NCBI GenBank assembly: GCA_965208575.1
Contig: CBDBOV010000004.1
Span: 1,120,001 to 1,184,000 of the forward strand
DNA: 64,000 bases
DNA from: Spirochaetia bacterium
Lineage (GTDB): Bacteria > Spirochaetota > Spirochaetia > SZUA-6 > Bin103
Direction: 5' to 3'
The translations under genes were made by a program, and so were the position numbers. Shown piece by piece: positions 28,865-41,066 of the stretch (its first letter is position 1; every line of letters starts with the position of its first letter). The notes beneath the pieces are model-generated. The model was given only the letters and a program-made list of their open reading frames with translations, made no database searches and had not been told where the DNA came from.

Positions 28865-31183
28865 CTATCCGACTTCGCTCGTCGAAGATGGCGTGGTCAC
28901 GTGGTGCACTGATGGATTGGAGCGCTGCTCCCGGCCGAGCAGTTGGTAGAGGCGGTGGTAGAGGCCGCCGGCGGCGAGCAGTCTGCCGTGTGTGCCGCGC
29001 TCGACGATACGGCCGCGGTCGAACACCAGGATCAGGTCAGCCGCCATGATCGTGCTGAGCCGGTGAGCGACGATCATCGCCGTGCGGCCGGTCACCACGC
29101 GCGCCAGCGCCTCCTGAATCAGCGCCTCGGCGTGGGTGTCGAGGTGGCTGGTGGCCTCGTCCAGGATCAGCACCCGCGGATCCTTGAGGATGACGCGGGC
29201 GATCGCCAGCCGCTGCTTCTCGCCGCCGCTGAGCCGGTAGCCGCGCTCGCCCACCACGGTGTCGTAGCCGGCCGGCAGCGCGCTGATGAAGTCGTGGATG
29301 TTGGCGGCGCGGCACGCTTCCTCGATCCGCCCGTCGCCCGCTTCCGGCGCCGCGTAGCGCAGGTTGGCGCGCACCGAGTCGTGGAACAGGTAGGGTTCCT
29401 GCGTGACCATGCCCACCTGCCTCGCCAGCGACTCCACGGTCAGCGAGCGCAGGTCGCGGCCGTCGAGCAGGATCTGGCCCTTGACCGGGTCGTACAGGCG
29501 CGGCACCAGGTAGGTGAGCGTGGTCTTGCCGGACCCGCTCGGCCCCACCAATGCCACCGTCTGGCCCGGCGTCACCGCAAAGCTCACCTCCTCCAGCGCC
29601 CACTCGCGCGCCTGGTGCGGTGCCGGCTCACGCGGCCGGGCGCCGCCGTCCGTCCCCGCATCGCTCGATCCGCCGAGCACCGCCGGCCGCCAGGGACCTG
29701 CTTCCGCCGCACCGTCGCCCGCGTCTTCCCCGTGCACGTTTCGCCGGCGCGGGGAGATCACGGCATCGCTCCTGCCGCGTGCCGAAGCCCGCCCGTCGCC
29801 CGCGCGGTCCCGGTACACGGGGTCGGAGACCGCCACCGGCTGCCAGGGACTCGCGGCGGTATTCCAATCGCCCGATTCCGCGTGGGGGCTGCCCGTACCG
29901 GCGCTGCCGGCGGCCCGCTCGCCGCGCGGACCGCCGGCGCCTTTCCCGTCCGGCCGGGAACCCGCGGCGTCCGTGGGCGAGCCGAATCTCGCTCCGCTGA
30001 ACGCCATGTCCTCGGCGCGCGCGGCGCGCTTGGCCTCGCTCAGCAGCAGGCGTCCGTCGCGCTCGTAGCGGAAGCTCACGGCGCGGAACTCCAGGTGCCC
30101 CACGGCGTCGGCCAGGGGTGCCGCGTCCGCCGCCTCCTCGATGTCCACCGGCAGGTCGAGCACCTCGAACACCCGCTCGAAGCTCACCAGCGACTGCGCC
30201 ACCACCACCGGTACGTTGCTCAGCGAACTCAGCGGTCGGTACAACTGCGTCAGGTAAGCGCTGAACGCCACCACCGTCCCGATGGACAGCGCGTCGCGGA
30301 TCACCAGGTGGCCGCCCACCAGGTAGATCGCCGCCGTGCCCACCGCCGTCGCCACGCCCATGAAGATGAAGAAGCGGCTCGCCACCACCGCCTGGCGCAC
30401 GCTGCCGTCGCGCACCGCCCCCGCCTGCTCGCCGAACCGGCGCTGCTCCTCCCGCCGGCGCCCGAACAGCTTCACCAGCAGCATGCCGCTGATGTTCAGG
30501 GTCTCGTTCATGATCGCACCGAGGCGCGCGTTGTGCTCCATCAGCTTGCGCGACGCATCGCGCAGCGCCCCGGCGAACCGCTTGCCGAGCAGCAGGAACG
30601 CCGGCAGCACCACCATGCCGAGCAGCGTCAGCCGCCACTCCAGCGCCAGCATCACCGACAGGGTCGCCGCCACCGAGACCACGTTGGTGACCACGTCCAC
30701 CAGCGTGTTGGTGACCGCGTTCTGGGCGCCGGCGACGTCGTTGTTGAGCCGGCTCACCAGCTCGCCGCTCTTGTTGGTGGTGAAGAAGCGCAGCGACATG
30801 CGCTGCAGGTGGCTGTACAGGGCGCTGCGCAGGTCGAAGATTATGCCGGCGCCAATCGCCGCATCCAGCGCGCGCTGCCAGATTCGCAGCAGCGCGTTCG
30901 CCACCGGGATGGCGATCAGCACCGCTGCCAGCAGGTTGAGGCGCCGCACGTCGCCGGCCGGCAGCGTGCGGTCGATCAGGTCGCGCAGCACCAGCGGCGT
31001 CAGCAGGCCAAGGCCGATGGTGGCCAGAATGATGGCCAGCAACAGCAGCATGCGCCACCAGTAGGGCCGCGCGTAGCCAAGCACCCTCCGCAGCAGCATG
31101 CGAGTCACCTGGGGGCGCGGGTTGTCGTCGCCGTGGCGCAGCAGGTACCGGTAACCTCCGCGTTGGCCATACATGCCCGCCAT
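28865..31183 (-). CDS. ABC exporter (fused TMD plus NBD, MsbA-like) with a long insertion in the NBD
   Basis: Six-TM domain; GPSGSGKT, LSGGEKQR, ILDEATSHLD, AHRLSTI; start uncertain (31183 or 31273). Confidence 0.9.
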   Translation of the reverse strand: MAGMYGQRGGYRYLLRHGDDNPRPQVTRMLLRRVLGYARPYWWRMLLLLAIILATIGLGLLTPLVLRDLIDRTLPAGDVRRLNLLAAVLIAIPVANALLRIWQRALDAAIGAGIIFDLRSALYSHLQRMSLRFFTTNKSGELVSRLNNDVAGAQNAVTNTLVDVVTNVVSVAATLSVMLALEWRLTLLGMVVLPAFLLLGKRFAGALRDASRKLMEHNARLGAIMNETLNISGMLLVKLFGRRREEQRRFGEQAGAVRDGSVRQAVVASRFFIFMGVATAVGTAAIYLVGGHLVIRDALSIGTVVAFSAYLTQLYRPLSSLSNVPVVVAQSLVSFERVFEVLDLPVDIEEAADAAPLADAVGHLEFRAVSFRYERDGRLLLSEAKRAARAEDMAFSGARFGSPTDAAGSRPDGKGAGGPRGERAAGSAGTGSPHAESGDWNTAASPWQPVAVSDPVYRDRAGDGRASARGRSDAVISPRRRNVHGEDAGDGAAEAGPWRPAVLGGSSDAGTDGGARPREPAPHQAREWALEEVSFAVTPGQTVALVGPSGSGKTTLTYLVPRLYDPVKGQILLDGRDLRSLTVESLARQVGMVTQEPYLFHDSVRANLRYAAPEAGDGRIEEACRAANIHDFISALPAGYDTVVGERGYRLSGGEKQRLAIARVILKDPRVLILDEATSHLDTHAEALIQEALARVVTGRTAMIVAHRLSTIMAADLILVFDRGRIVERGTHGRLLAAGGLYHRLYQLLGREQRSNPSVHHVTTPSSTSEVG

Positions 31184-31301
31184 TGTTGCGCCGGTCGGCC
31201 GTTTACTCAACCGCGCAACCCCGAAGCGCCAACGATCAAGTGACCGGTTGCGAAGTGCGCCGAGGATTGACAACAGCGTACGTATCTGCGAAAAGAGTCA
31301 G

Positions 31302-31524
31302 GTGCCGCTACGCTACTCCCACCATGCGATGGAGCGGATGGGGAGCAGGGCATCACTCGCCGGATGGTCGAAGCCGTGGTGGCGGCTGCGCAGACGGTGA
31401 TCCGCGGTGCCACCGCCGATGAATACGATGCGGACGTGGAGCACCGAAGAATGCGCGTTGTGGTAGCTCGCCGGGATACACCACTCGTCACACCGTGTAC
31501 TGTCCAGGAGGAGGCCCGCGATGC
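31302..31524 (+). pseudogene. DUF4258-type (RelE/BrnT-like) toxin, frameshifted
   Basis: YSHHAMERM.SR then, in a shifted frame, GITRRMVEAVV...RMRVVV, and a second shift restoring a V(I)TVY-like end. Confidence 0.6.
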
Positions 31525-31766
31525 AACTTCGGTTTGATTCCGATGCAGATGTGATCTTTTTGGCGCTCCGCGCGGCAGAAGGAGGGGAAGCCGGCGGGAA
31601 GCGCCTTGACGATGCGCGGATCGCCCACCTGGATCGTGCCGGACGCGTGTTCGCGTACGAGTTTCTGCGGGTCAGCCGCGGTGTTTCGCTCACCGGAATC
31701 GACACGAACGAGGCCGGCCGCATCCGTGAAGCGATCAAGCCGATCGTTCAGCTCGCGGTCGCCTGA
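31521..31766 (+). CDS. DUF2283-like putative antitoxin
   Basis: MQLRFDSDADVIFLAL...LDRAGRVFAYEFL pattern; GGAGGAGG SD. Confidence 0.7.
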   Translation: MQLRFDSDADVIFLALRAAEGGEAGGKRLDDARIAHLDRAGRVFAYEFLRVSRGVSLTGIDTNEAGRIREAIKPIVQLAVA

Positions 31767-31930
31767 GGTAGGCCGGTCGGGCCGGAGGCGGTGCCGCAGG
31801 CGGCGACTTCGCGGCACTGGCAGGTAGCTCAACGAGACGGTGGCAGAGGGCGCCCGGGCGGCCGGCAGTTCGGCGTGACGGGCATTCTCCAAGGTCCACG
31901 TTGTCCCGGCGTACCTCACGAGGCTGACAG

Positions 31931-32680
31931 ATGGATCACAACGAACGGATGGCGCTGGTGACGGGTGGCGGCTCCGGGATCGGGCGCGCCTGCGCGGCGG
32001 CGCTGGCGGCGGAAGGGCTTGCCGTGATGGTGGCTGACCGTGATGACGGCGGCGGCGAGGAGACGGTGCGGCGGATCGCCGCGGCCGGCGGGCGCGCCCG
32101 CTTCGCGCCCTGCGACGTGCGTGATCCGCAACAGATCGAGGCCGCCGTGCGCACTGCCGCGGACGCACTCGGCCCGCTGAGCTGCGCGGTAAACAGCGCC
32201 GGCGTGCTGCGCGCCGGCGGCACCCTGGAAGGCACGCCGGAGGACTGGCAGCTCACGCTGGCGGTCAACCTGACCGGCGTGTGGAACGCGATGCGCGCCG
32301 AGATCGCGCACCTGCTGGAGCAGGGCGGCGGCGCCATCGTCAACGTGGCGTCGATCTACGGCGTGGTCGGCTCGGCATCCAGCGCCGCCTATACCGCCAG
32401 CAAGCACGGCGTGGTCGGCCTCACCCGGTCGGCGGCCCTGCAGTACGCCGCGCGCTCGATCCGGATCAACGCCGTGTGCCCCGGCCACAGCCACACTCCG
32501 ATGACCGCTCCCCTCCTGGACGACCCGGTCTGGCTGCCGCGGCGGCTCGCCCGCTACCCGATGGGCCGGCTGGCGCAGCCGGAGGAGACCGCCGAGCTGG
32601 TGCGCTGGCTGTGCTCGGACGCGGCCTCGTTCGTCACCGGCCAGGCGCTGCCGGTGGACGGCGGCTATACGGCGCAATGA
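31931..32680 (+). CDS. Short-chain dehydrogenase/reductase
   Basis: TGGGSGIG, VNSAG, YTASK, NAVCPG, VDGG. Confidence 0.95.
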   Translation: MDHNERMALVTGGGSGIGRACAAALAAEGLAVMVADRDDGGGEETVRRIAAAGGRARFAPCDVRDPQQIEAAVRTAADALGPLSCAVNSAGVLRAGGTLEGTPEDWQLTLAVNLTGVWNAMRAEIAHLLEQGGGAIVNVASIYGVVGSASSAAYTASKHGVVGLTRSAALQYAARSIRINAVCPGHSHTPMTAPLLDDPVWLPRRLARYPMGRLAQPEETAELVRWLCSDAASFVTGQALPVDGGYTAQ

Positions 32681-32713
32681 CGATTCCGGTAGCATAGCGA
32701 GCCAGCCTGATCT

Positions 32714-32798
32714 GCCGGAGTGGTGGAATTGGTAGACACTGGGGACTTAAAATCCCCTGGTTTTGACGACCGTGCCGGTTCGAGTCCGGTCTCCGGCA
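32714..32798 (+). tRNA. tRNA-Leu (anticodon TAA), CCA not encoded
   Basis: Acceptor GCCGGAG/CTCCGGC, D arm GGAATTGGTAGAC, anticodon arm GGGGA-CTTAAAA-TCCCC, long variable arm, GGTTCGAGTCC T loop. Confidence 0.95.
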
Positions 32799-32809
32799 AC
32801 CCGCCGCCG

Positions 32810-33160
32810 TCAGCCTGCGCGCAGACAGCCGTCGATAGCCGCGCGCAGGCGCTTGTCGGGAGCCGCCCACGCCAGACGGTATCCGCTGGCCGTCAGCCGC
32901 AGTCCGCTCGCCGTCATCTGCGTCCGCCGGCCGAACACGCGTTCGGAGCCCACCACCCGCGCCCGCGCACAACTGAACCGCTCGCCCGGAGCCGCGATCA
33001 TCAGCTCCACATCCTCACCCACGTCCAGCAGTCCCAGGTCGTCGGCGGCGAGGAACAGGTGGCGGTGCGACAACTCGCGCGCATGGAACTGCATGAGCCG
33101 CGTTTTGCCGTCCGCCATCAACTGGCGCAGGTAGACCGGGACGGCAACGTGCTCAGCCAC
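32810..33160 (-). CDS. Hypothetical protein, PilZ-like beta-barrel
   Basis: ARELS..HLFL...GEDVEL...ARVV...GYRL pattern resembles degenerate PilZ; GTG start inferred. Confidence 0.45.
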   Translation of the reverse strand: MAEHVAVPVYLRQLMADGKTRLMQFHARELSHRHLFLAADDLGLLDVGEDVELMIAAPGERFSCARARVVGSERVFGRRTQMTASGLRLTASGYRLAWAAPDKRLRAAIDGCLRAG

Positions 33161-33180
33161 GGGCGAAGGGCAGGTGGGGC

Positions 33181-33471
33181 TTACTTGCGGCGCCGCCAGA
33201 ACCGAAACTTCTCCACGTAACCGCAGTCGTCCGGCAGGTAGCGGGAGAACAGCGCGTGCAGGATGGTCACCTGCCGGCACTCCGCGCACTCCTTGAAGCG
33301 GGTGTCGTACGTCGTGCACAGGTTGCTTTCGGTATCCAGGAACCGGCACGGCAGATCCTTGTGCACCACCAACTCGCCGGCAACGCGGTCGCGCCGGTAG
33401 CAGCAGGCTCCGCACTGGGTACAGATGTCGTCCCACCACTCCCGCACCGGACGCGCAGTACCGCTCTCCAT
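33181..33471 (-). CDS. YcgN/YkgJ-like cysteine-cluster protein
   Basis: CTQCGACC, CRFLD, CTTY..RF, C..C, LP..CGY. Confidence 0.85.
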   Translation of the reverse strand: MESGTARPVREWWDDICTQCGACCYRRDRVAGELVVHKDLPCRFLDTESNLCTTYDTRFKECAECRQVTILHALFSRYLPDDCGYVEKFRFWRRRK

Positions 33472-33609
33472 CGCTGCGATGATACCCGGCCCGGCAGCCG
33501 TGCGCCACCCCACCGCCCCCGCACCGCCCCCGCACCGCCCCCGCCAGGCGTCTCACCGGCATCCGGCAGGCGCGCTACGCACCCACGTGACGGCTATAAT
33601 CGCAACAGC

Positions 33610-35310
33610 ATGCGCTTCCGCGGCGCGGCGCTGGCGATCTTCTCGGCGCTGCTCTTGGCCCTGGCCCTGCCCAACGACCTGTTCCCCTACGGCAGCCCGC
33701 TGCTCGGCGTGTTCGCCCTGGCGCCGCTGCTGGCAGCCCTCTACCGCACCCCCAGCTACGCGGCCGCCGCCCGCATAGGGGTGATTTTCGGCGCCGTGTC
33801 GAGCGCTGCGAGCAACTTCTGGCTGATGTTCTTCCAGAGCTTCTCGGTGTGGACGCTCGGCGGCGTTACCCTCGCCTACGTCGCCTACTTCGCGGTACTC
33901 GGGCCGCTGCTGCGCTTCTTCGCCGGGGCGCCCGGCGGCAAGCCGCGCCGCACGTCGCCCGCCATGCCGGGCGGGAGTGCACTCGCCATGCCGGGCGGGA
34001 GTGCACTCGCCATGCCGGGCGGGATTGCACTCGCCATGCCGGGCGGGAGTGCACTCGCTATGCCGCGCGCGTATCGTCCCTTCGCCGTCGCCCTCCTGTG
34101 GACCCTGTACGAGTACCTCAAGTCGACCGGCTACCTCGGTTACCCGTGGGGCCTGATCGCCTACCCGATGCACGCCATCACGCCGCTGGTCCAGTTCGTG
34201 GACATCACCGGCGTGTGGGGGCTGTGCCTGTTGATGGCGCTGGTAAACGCCGCGGCCGCGGAGTGGCTCGACCTCGCACTCGACCGGCGCCGGCCGCCGC
34301 GCGTGCCGGCCCGCCTGTGGCAGGCCACCGCCGCCGTGGCGCTGCTGGCCGGAGCCGCTTTCGGTTACGGCGCCGCGGCGCTCGGGCGGCCGCTGCCGCG
34401 GACGGCGACGCTCGACGTCGTGCTGGTGCAGCACAACGCCAACCCGTGGCAGAGCGGCGACGACGACGCCGTGCTGGCCACGCTGCAGCGCCTCACCGGC
34501 GAAGGCCTGGCGGCCGCGCCGGCGCCGCCCGACCTGGTGGTATGGAGCGAGACGGCGCTGACCTGGCCGGTGATCGGGGCGCAGGCCGCGGACGCCGACA
34601 CGCCGGCGGTGCCCGCAGCGCTCACGGGGCTGACGGTGCCGCTGCTCACCGGCGTGCCGTGGGTGGTCGGCACCGAGCCCCTGCAGGCGATGAACGCCGC
34701 CGCGCTGGTGGCGCCCGCCGGGGCCGTGCTCGACCACTACGGCAAGCAGCATCTGGTGCCGTTCGCGGAGAGCGTGCCGTTCTGGGAGGTGCCGGCCATC
34801 CGCCGGCTGTTCAGGGACCTGATCGGCCTGCAGGCGCCCTGGGTGCCGGGCGCCGCGGCCACCGTCTTCCAACTGCCGGTGCGCGACGGCGGCCCGGTGC
34901 GGTTCGCCACCCCGATCTGCTTCGAGGATGCCTTCCCCTACCTGAATCGCCGCTTCGTGCGCGCCGGCGCCGACCTGCTGATCAACCTCACCAACGACGC
35001 CTGGTCGCAGACCGTATCCGCGGAGACGCAGCACTTCGTTGCCGCCCGGCTGCGCGCCGTCGAGAACCGGCGCGTGCTGATCCGCGCCACCAACGGCGGC
35101 GTCACCGCGGCGGTCGATCCGTGGGGCCGCCTGATCGGCACCGCGGCCCCGTTGTTCACGGAGGCCGCGCTACGCCTCCAGGTGCCGGTGTACCGCCCCG
35201 CCGCCGACACCGCGTATACCCGCTTCGGCGACTGGCTGCCGGCACTGCTCGGCATCCTGCTGGCGCTGCTCCTCGTTACCCGGCAGCGCGGCGCGGCGCG
35301 AACCGGATAG
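33610..35310 (+). CDS. lnt: Apolipoprotein N-acyltransferase (paralogue 1)
   Basis: GYPWG, VVWSETA, YGKQHLVPFAE, TPICFEDAF, TNDAW, RAVENRR..RATNGG. Confidence 0.92.
   Translation: MRFRGAALAIFSALLLALALPNDLFPYGSPLLGVFALAPLLAALYRTPSYAAAARIGVIFGAVSSAASNFWLMFFQSFSVWTLGGVTLAYVAYFAVLGPLLRFFAGAPGGKPRRTSPAMPGGSALAMPGGSALAMPGGIALAMPGGSALAMPRAYRPFAVALLWTLYEYLKSTGYLGYPWGLIAYPMHAITPLVQFVDITGVWGLCLLMALVNAAAAEWLDLALDRRRPPRVPARLWQATAAVALLAGAAFGYGAAALGRPLPRTATLDVVLVQHNANPWQSGDDDAVLATLQRLTGEGLAAAPAPPDLVVWSETALTWPVIGAQAADADTPAVPAALTGLTVPLLTGVPWVVGTEPLQAMNAAALVAPAGAVLDHYGKQHLVPFAESVPFWEVPAIRRLFRDLIGLQAPWVPGAAATVFQLPVRDGGPVRFATPICFEDAFPYLNRRFVRAGADLLINLTNDAWSQTVSAETQHFVAARLRAVENRRVLIRATNGGVTAAVDPWGRLIGTAAPLFTEAALRLQVPVYRPAADTAYTRFGDWLPALLGILLALLLVTRQRGAARTG
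33961..34065 (+). repeat. In-frame 24-bp tandem repeat (4 copies plus a partial) encoding AMPGGSAL
   Basis: GCCATGCCGGGCGGGAGTGCACTC x4, one copy with a single substitution. Confidence 0.95.
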
Positions 35311-36084
35311 CGTACCGGCCGCCGTGCTCCTGCAGCCGGCAGCGCGGCCCGAAGATCGCCTGCAGGTTGCGCCCGGTGAGGGCTTCGCGCGACGTCCCGC
35401 GCGCCACCGCCCGCCCGCGGTCGAGCAGCAGCACGCCGTCGTAGGAGCTGGTGATCTCGGCGATGTCGTGGGTCACGTACACCACCGTCAACTCCGGGCG
35501 CTGCCGGAACAGCGCGGCGAGGTCGTCGAGGAAGCGCTCGCGCGCCGCCGGGTCGAGGCCGATCGCCGGCTCGTCGAGCAGCAGCAGTTCCACGTCCGCG
35601 GCGAGGGCGCGCGCGATCAGCACCCGCTGCCGTTCTCCGGTCGACAGGGTGGCGAAGCGTCGCTCGGCCAAGTGTTCCACCGCCAACAGGGCAAGCTGGC
35701 GGGCGGCCCGCTCGCGGTCCGCCGCCGGCACCTCGCCATACAGCACCAGGCCGCCGCGCGCACGCGAGGCCACCACCTCGGCGGCGCTCATGAACGGCGG
35801 TATCTGGTAGCGTACGTCGCTGTGCACCCAGCCGATGCGGGCGCGCAGCAGGCGCAGGTCGGTGCGTCCGAAGCGCTCGCCGAGCACCTCGAGCGTACCC
35901 TCCGAGGGGTAGGAGTAGCCGGAGAACAGCCGCACCAGCGACGTCTTGCCGCTGCCGTTCGGGCCCAGCAGCACCCAGTGCTCGCCCGCCCCGACCGTCA
36001 GCGTGATGTCGTCGAGAATGCGCGCCCCGTCGATGATCAGCCCGATGCCGCGCGCCGCAACCGCCGCCGGCGGGCGCCGTCCAT
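35276..36084 (-). CDS. ABC transporter ATP-binding protein (ModF/YlmA-like); start ATG one base out of frame
   Basis: GPNGSGKT, LSTGERQR, LLLDEP, VTH; in-frame homology extends to ~36060 with no in-frame ATG/GTG/TTG before the rho stop. Confidence 0.8.
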
Positions 36085-36100
36085 CACCGTCCGGCGTACG

Positions 36101-37822
<1,722 letters not shown>

Positions 37823-38108
37823 TGCGAGAACTCCGTGTGCCAAAGATGCACGTCGAACGAAACGCAGACGATGGTATGCCGTCGCTACGTCGTTTCTCGA
37901 TTGAAGAGAGATTCGCTCAGGATGAGCGTGCCGGGACACCTGCGCTTGTGCACGAGCTGTTCCTCGGGAGAGGAGCACCGAATACCGGCGACAAGCCCCG
38001 CGAGCGCCCGGTTCCGATCTAACTTTAATCCCCCGGCGCGCGAACGTCAATGGGGTAGGCCGTGCGAATTTCTCCTTTTTGCGCGCTCTGCCCGCAACGC
38101 GGGAGCGC

Positions 38109-38861
38109 TCACCGGTCAGCCTCCGGCGCCACTTCATGCCCGCTCAGCCGGTCGTGAATCAGCGCCTGCAACTCCTCCAGGCTGAGGTCTCCCTCTTTCA
38201 GGCGATCGCCCTCGCCGCGCACCTCGGAGATCTGCTCCTCCAGTTCGCCAAGCGTGGCAAGGACGTCGCGCGCCCGCTCCGATGCGGAAGCCGCGAATGC
38301 ACGCAGCGCATCGGCGTCGTTGTCCTCGTCGCGCAACAACGCCGCCGCGCGCTCGACCTGGTCTTCGAGCGGCGCGCGGACATGTTGCGAAAAGAAGATC
38401 AGAGACTCGTTGAGCGCCTCGATGATCCCCAGCCGGTGTTCGCGGCGTGCCAGTTGCCCGGCGAGCTCATGGCGATGCAGCACCGCACGAATGCGGGCCA
38501 GCACTTCCGAGAAGTTGAACGGCTTGGTGATGTAGTCGTCCACCCCCAACTCGAGCCCTTCGATGCGGTCCGCGATCTCGTCCATGGCGGTGAACATGAT
38601 GATCGGAACCTGCCGGAATGCGGCGTACTCCGGCGCGTTCTTGATGCGCTGCGTCACCTCCCAACCGGTAAGGCCGGGCATCATGTTGTCGAGCACGATG
38701 AGATCGGGCCTTACCTCGGGAAGCATCGCGAGTGCCTGCTCGCCGCCGCTGGCCATCTCGACCTCGAAACCGAGCCGGGAAAGCATGACCTCGAACAGTT
38801 CGAGATTGATCACCTCGTCGTCGACGATGAGGATGCGGGAAGTGGAAGAATGCGTTGACAT
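38109..38861 (-). CDS. Response regulator (receiver plus coiled-coil C-terminus)
   Basis: [27 protein letters not shown]. Confidence 0.9.
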   Translation of the reverse strand: MSTHSSTSRILIVDDEVINLELFEVMLSRLGFEVEMASGGEQALAMLPEVRPDLIVLDNMMPGLTGWEVTQRIKNAPEYAAFRQVPIIMFTAMDEIADRIEGLELGVDDYITKPFNFSEVLARIRAVLHRHELAGQLARREHRLGIIEALNESLIFFSQHVRAPLEDQVERAAALLRDEDNDADALRAFAASASERARDVLATLGELEEQISEVRGEGDRLKEGDLSLEELQALIHDRLSGHEVAPEADR

Positions 38862-38905
38862 GATGGAAGATGAGCGGCGTGTGCCGCGTCCGGCTGCCGA
38901 TCCTC

Positions 38906-40645
38906 TTATATCGCGCCGCCGCTGTCAACGGCCGTGGCGGGGCGGGCGCGGCGGGCGGTACGGGCCGTATCGGACGAGCGCGGCGCCGCCAGCCGGACTG
39001 CCAGGCCGGCCAGCAGTGCCGCGAGGCCCGCGCACAACGCCGCCACGCCGAACCAGTCGCCCCAGCGCGTGTACACGGTGGCCGGGCCGTCCACCACCGG
39101 CACGGTGCCGATCAGGTAGTCCGCGGTAAACGGCTCCAGCAGGCCGGTAATCCGCCCGTCGGGATCGATCGTCACCGTCATGCCGCCGTTCGTCGAGCGC
39201 ACCACCGAGCGGCGGTTCTCGACCGCCCGGAATACGCCCATCATCATGTGCTGCATCTCGGCCGGCACCGAGAACGACCACGAGTCGTTGGTCATGTTGA
39301 CCAGCACCTGCGCTCCATGGCGCACGAACTCGCGCCCCAGGTAGCCGAACGTGTCCTCGAAACAGATCGGCGTGGAGAAGCGCACGCCGCGCCCGCCGTC
39401 GATGCCGGAGTCGAACACCACGTACTCGGTGCCCTGCTTCCAGAAGTGGGTGTCCGCGTCCTTCAGCCACTGGTAGATGCCGGGCAACTGCTCCTTGAAG
39501 GGGAAGCTCTCGGTGAACGGCACCAGGCGGATCTTGCGGTAGGTGTCGACGATCTCACCCTTCTTGAACAGGATCGCGGCATTGTAGTCCACCCGCACCT
39601 CGCCTTCATCGGTGCGTTCCAACTGTCCGTCGTCGTTGCCCACCACGAACGGCACGGTCTGCCGGTCGAGGTAGGTGCGCAGCCGCTTCACGAGGGCGAA
39701 CCGCCGCGGATCACGGCGGTGACGCGTGTGCCAGTCGATGCCGGGCACGAACGAGGTCTCCGACCAGATCACGATGTCGGGATCTTCCCGCAACGCCGCG
39801 TCACTGAGGCGCAACAGGACATCGAGCGACTTCTCGTAGGCGTAGAACCCGCCGCGCCACGGGTCGATGTTCTGCTGCACCAGCGCCACGCGCCACTGCC
39901 GCTCGGCCTCGAAGTCGTTGCGCACGGCCGCGCCGTACGCCGCGTTGGCTGCCATCAGCAGCGCCCAGCACACGACCGGTATGCGCTGTTCGCGCCAGAA
40001 GCGCGCCAGCGTGCGGCGCCGCCAGGGGGCCGAGCGCGCGTCGAGAGCGTGCGCCAGCAGGCGGGCCACCAGCGCCGAGGCGGCAACCACCAGCAGCGAC
40101 ACCCCCCACACGCCGGTGACGCCGGCGATCTGGATGAAGTCGATCCAGCGGTACTGCGTGTAGCCCATGGTGCCGTAGCTGTAACCCAGGAATCCGAGAC
40201 TCTTGACCAGTTCGTAGCCCACCCAGAGCAGCACCTGCACCAGGTAGCCGTAGCGCGGGAACAGGTGGTCGGCCAGCTTCAACAGCGGGAACAGGATCAC
40301 CAGGTAGCCCATGTACACCACCGGCACGATGATGATCGCCAGCGGGTGGAAGGTGGCCAGCCAGTAATTGTACAGCGCGTAGCTTACGTAGCCGTACAGG
40401 GCGCCGTACAACACCGCCTGCAGCCAGCCGGCGCGGCGCAGCACCAGGAACACGGGTGCGACGGCGATGAAGGCCACCGGCCCGAGACCCCACTCGGATG
40501 CCAGGCTCGGGTGGGCGAGGGCGAACAGCAGCGCCGACAGCAGCAGCAGGCCCACCTCGCCCGCGCTGGTGCGCAACAGCCGCACCAGCGCGGGCGCAAA
40601 GCCGGCCTGCGGAGCGGATGCAGCACTGGACGACACCGAAGTCAT
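38906..40645 (-). CDS. lnt: Apolipoprotein N-acyltransferase (paralogue 2)
   Basis: IWSETS, YRKIRLVPFTE, TPICFEDTF, TNDSW, RAVENRR..RSTNGG. Confidence 0.93.
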   Translation of the reverse strand: MTSVSSSAASAPQAGFAPALVRLLRTSAGEVGLLLLSALLFALAHPSLASEWGLGPVAFIAVAPVFLVLRRAGWLQAVLYGALYGYVSYALYNYWLATFHPLAIIIVPVVYMGYLVILFPLLKLADHLFPRYGYLVQVLLWVGYELVKSLGFLGYSYGTMGYTQYRWIDFIQIAGVTGVWGVSLLVVAASALVARLLAHALDARSAPWRRRTLARFWREQRIPVVCWALLMAANAAYGAAVRNDFEAERQWRVALVQQNIDPWRGGFYAYEKSLDVLLRLSDAALREDPDIVIWSETSFVPGIDWHTRHRRDPRRFALVKRLRTYLDRQTVPFVVGNDDGQLERTDEGEVRVDYNAAILFKKGEIVDTYRKIRLVPFTESFPFKEQLPGIYQWLKDADTHFWKQGTEYVVFDSGIDGGRGVRFSTPICFEDTFGYLGREFVRHGAQVLVNMTNDSWSFSVPAEMQHMMMGVFRAVENRRSVVRSTNGGMTVTIDPDGRITGLLEPFTADYLIGTVPVVDGPATVYTRWGDWFGVAALCAGLAALLAGLAVRLAAPRSSDTARTARRARPATAVDSGGAI

Positions 40646-40717
40646 TGCAAGGACGGGGGAGCGGGGATCATGCGCGCGGCCCGCGCCAGACCCGGGCGCG
40701 GCGTTACCGGAGGCCGG

Positions 40718-41020
40718 CTAGTCGCGGATCTGCCACGCGCGCTTCTTGAGTTCCTGGCCGGGCCGGAATGCCACCACGCCGTGGTCGCCGACTTCGACCG
40801 ACGCTCCGGTTTTCGGATTGCGCGCCTTGCGCCCCTTGCGCACGCGAACCTCGAACGTCCCGAACCCGCGCAACTCGATGGTCTGCCGGTCGAACAGGCC
40901 GGCCTTGACCGCATCGAAGAACAGACCGAGCACCTGGTGGATGTGCTTCTTGCTGATGTCGACCTCGGGATGGATGATCTCGATGATCTCGGCTTTGGTC
41001 AGCTTGCGGTCGTGCCCCAT
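40718..41020 (-). CDS. HU/IHF family DNA-binding protein
   Basis: IELRGFGTF, ARNPKTG, FRPGQELK. Confidence 0.95.
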   Translation of the reverse strand: MGHDRKLTKAEIIEIIHPEVDISKKHIHQVLGLFFDAVKAGLFDRQTIELRGFGTFEVRVRKGRKARNPKTGASVEVGDHGVVAFRPGQELKKRAWQIRD

Positions 41021-41066
41021 TCAGCTCTCCACACACGGTGCGTGTCCGCGCACGTAAGCACCACGC

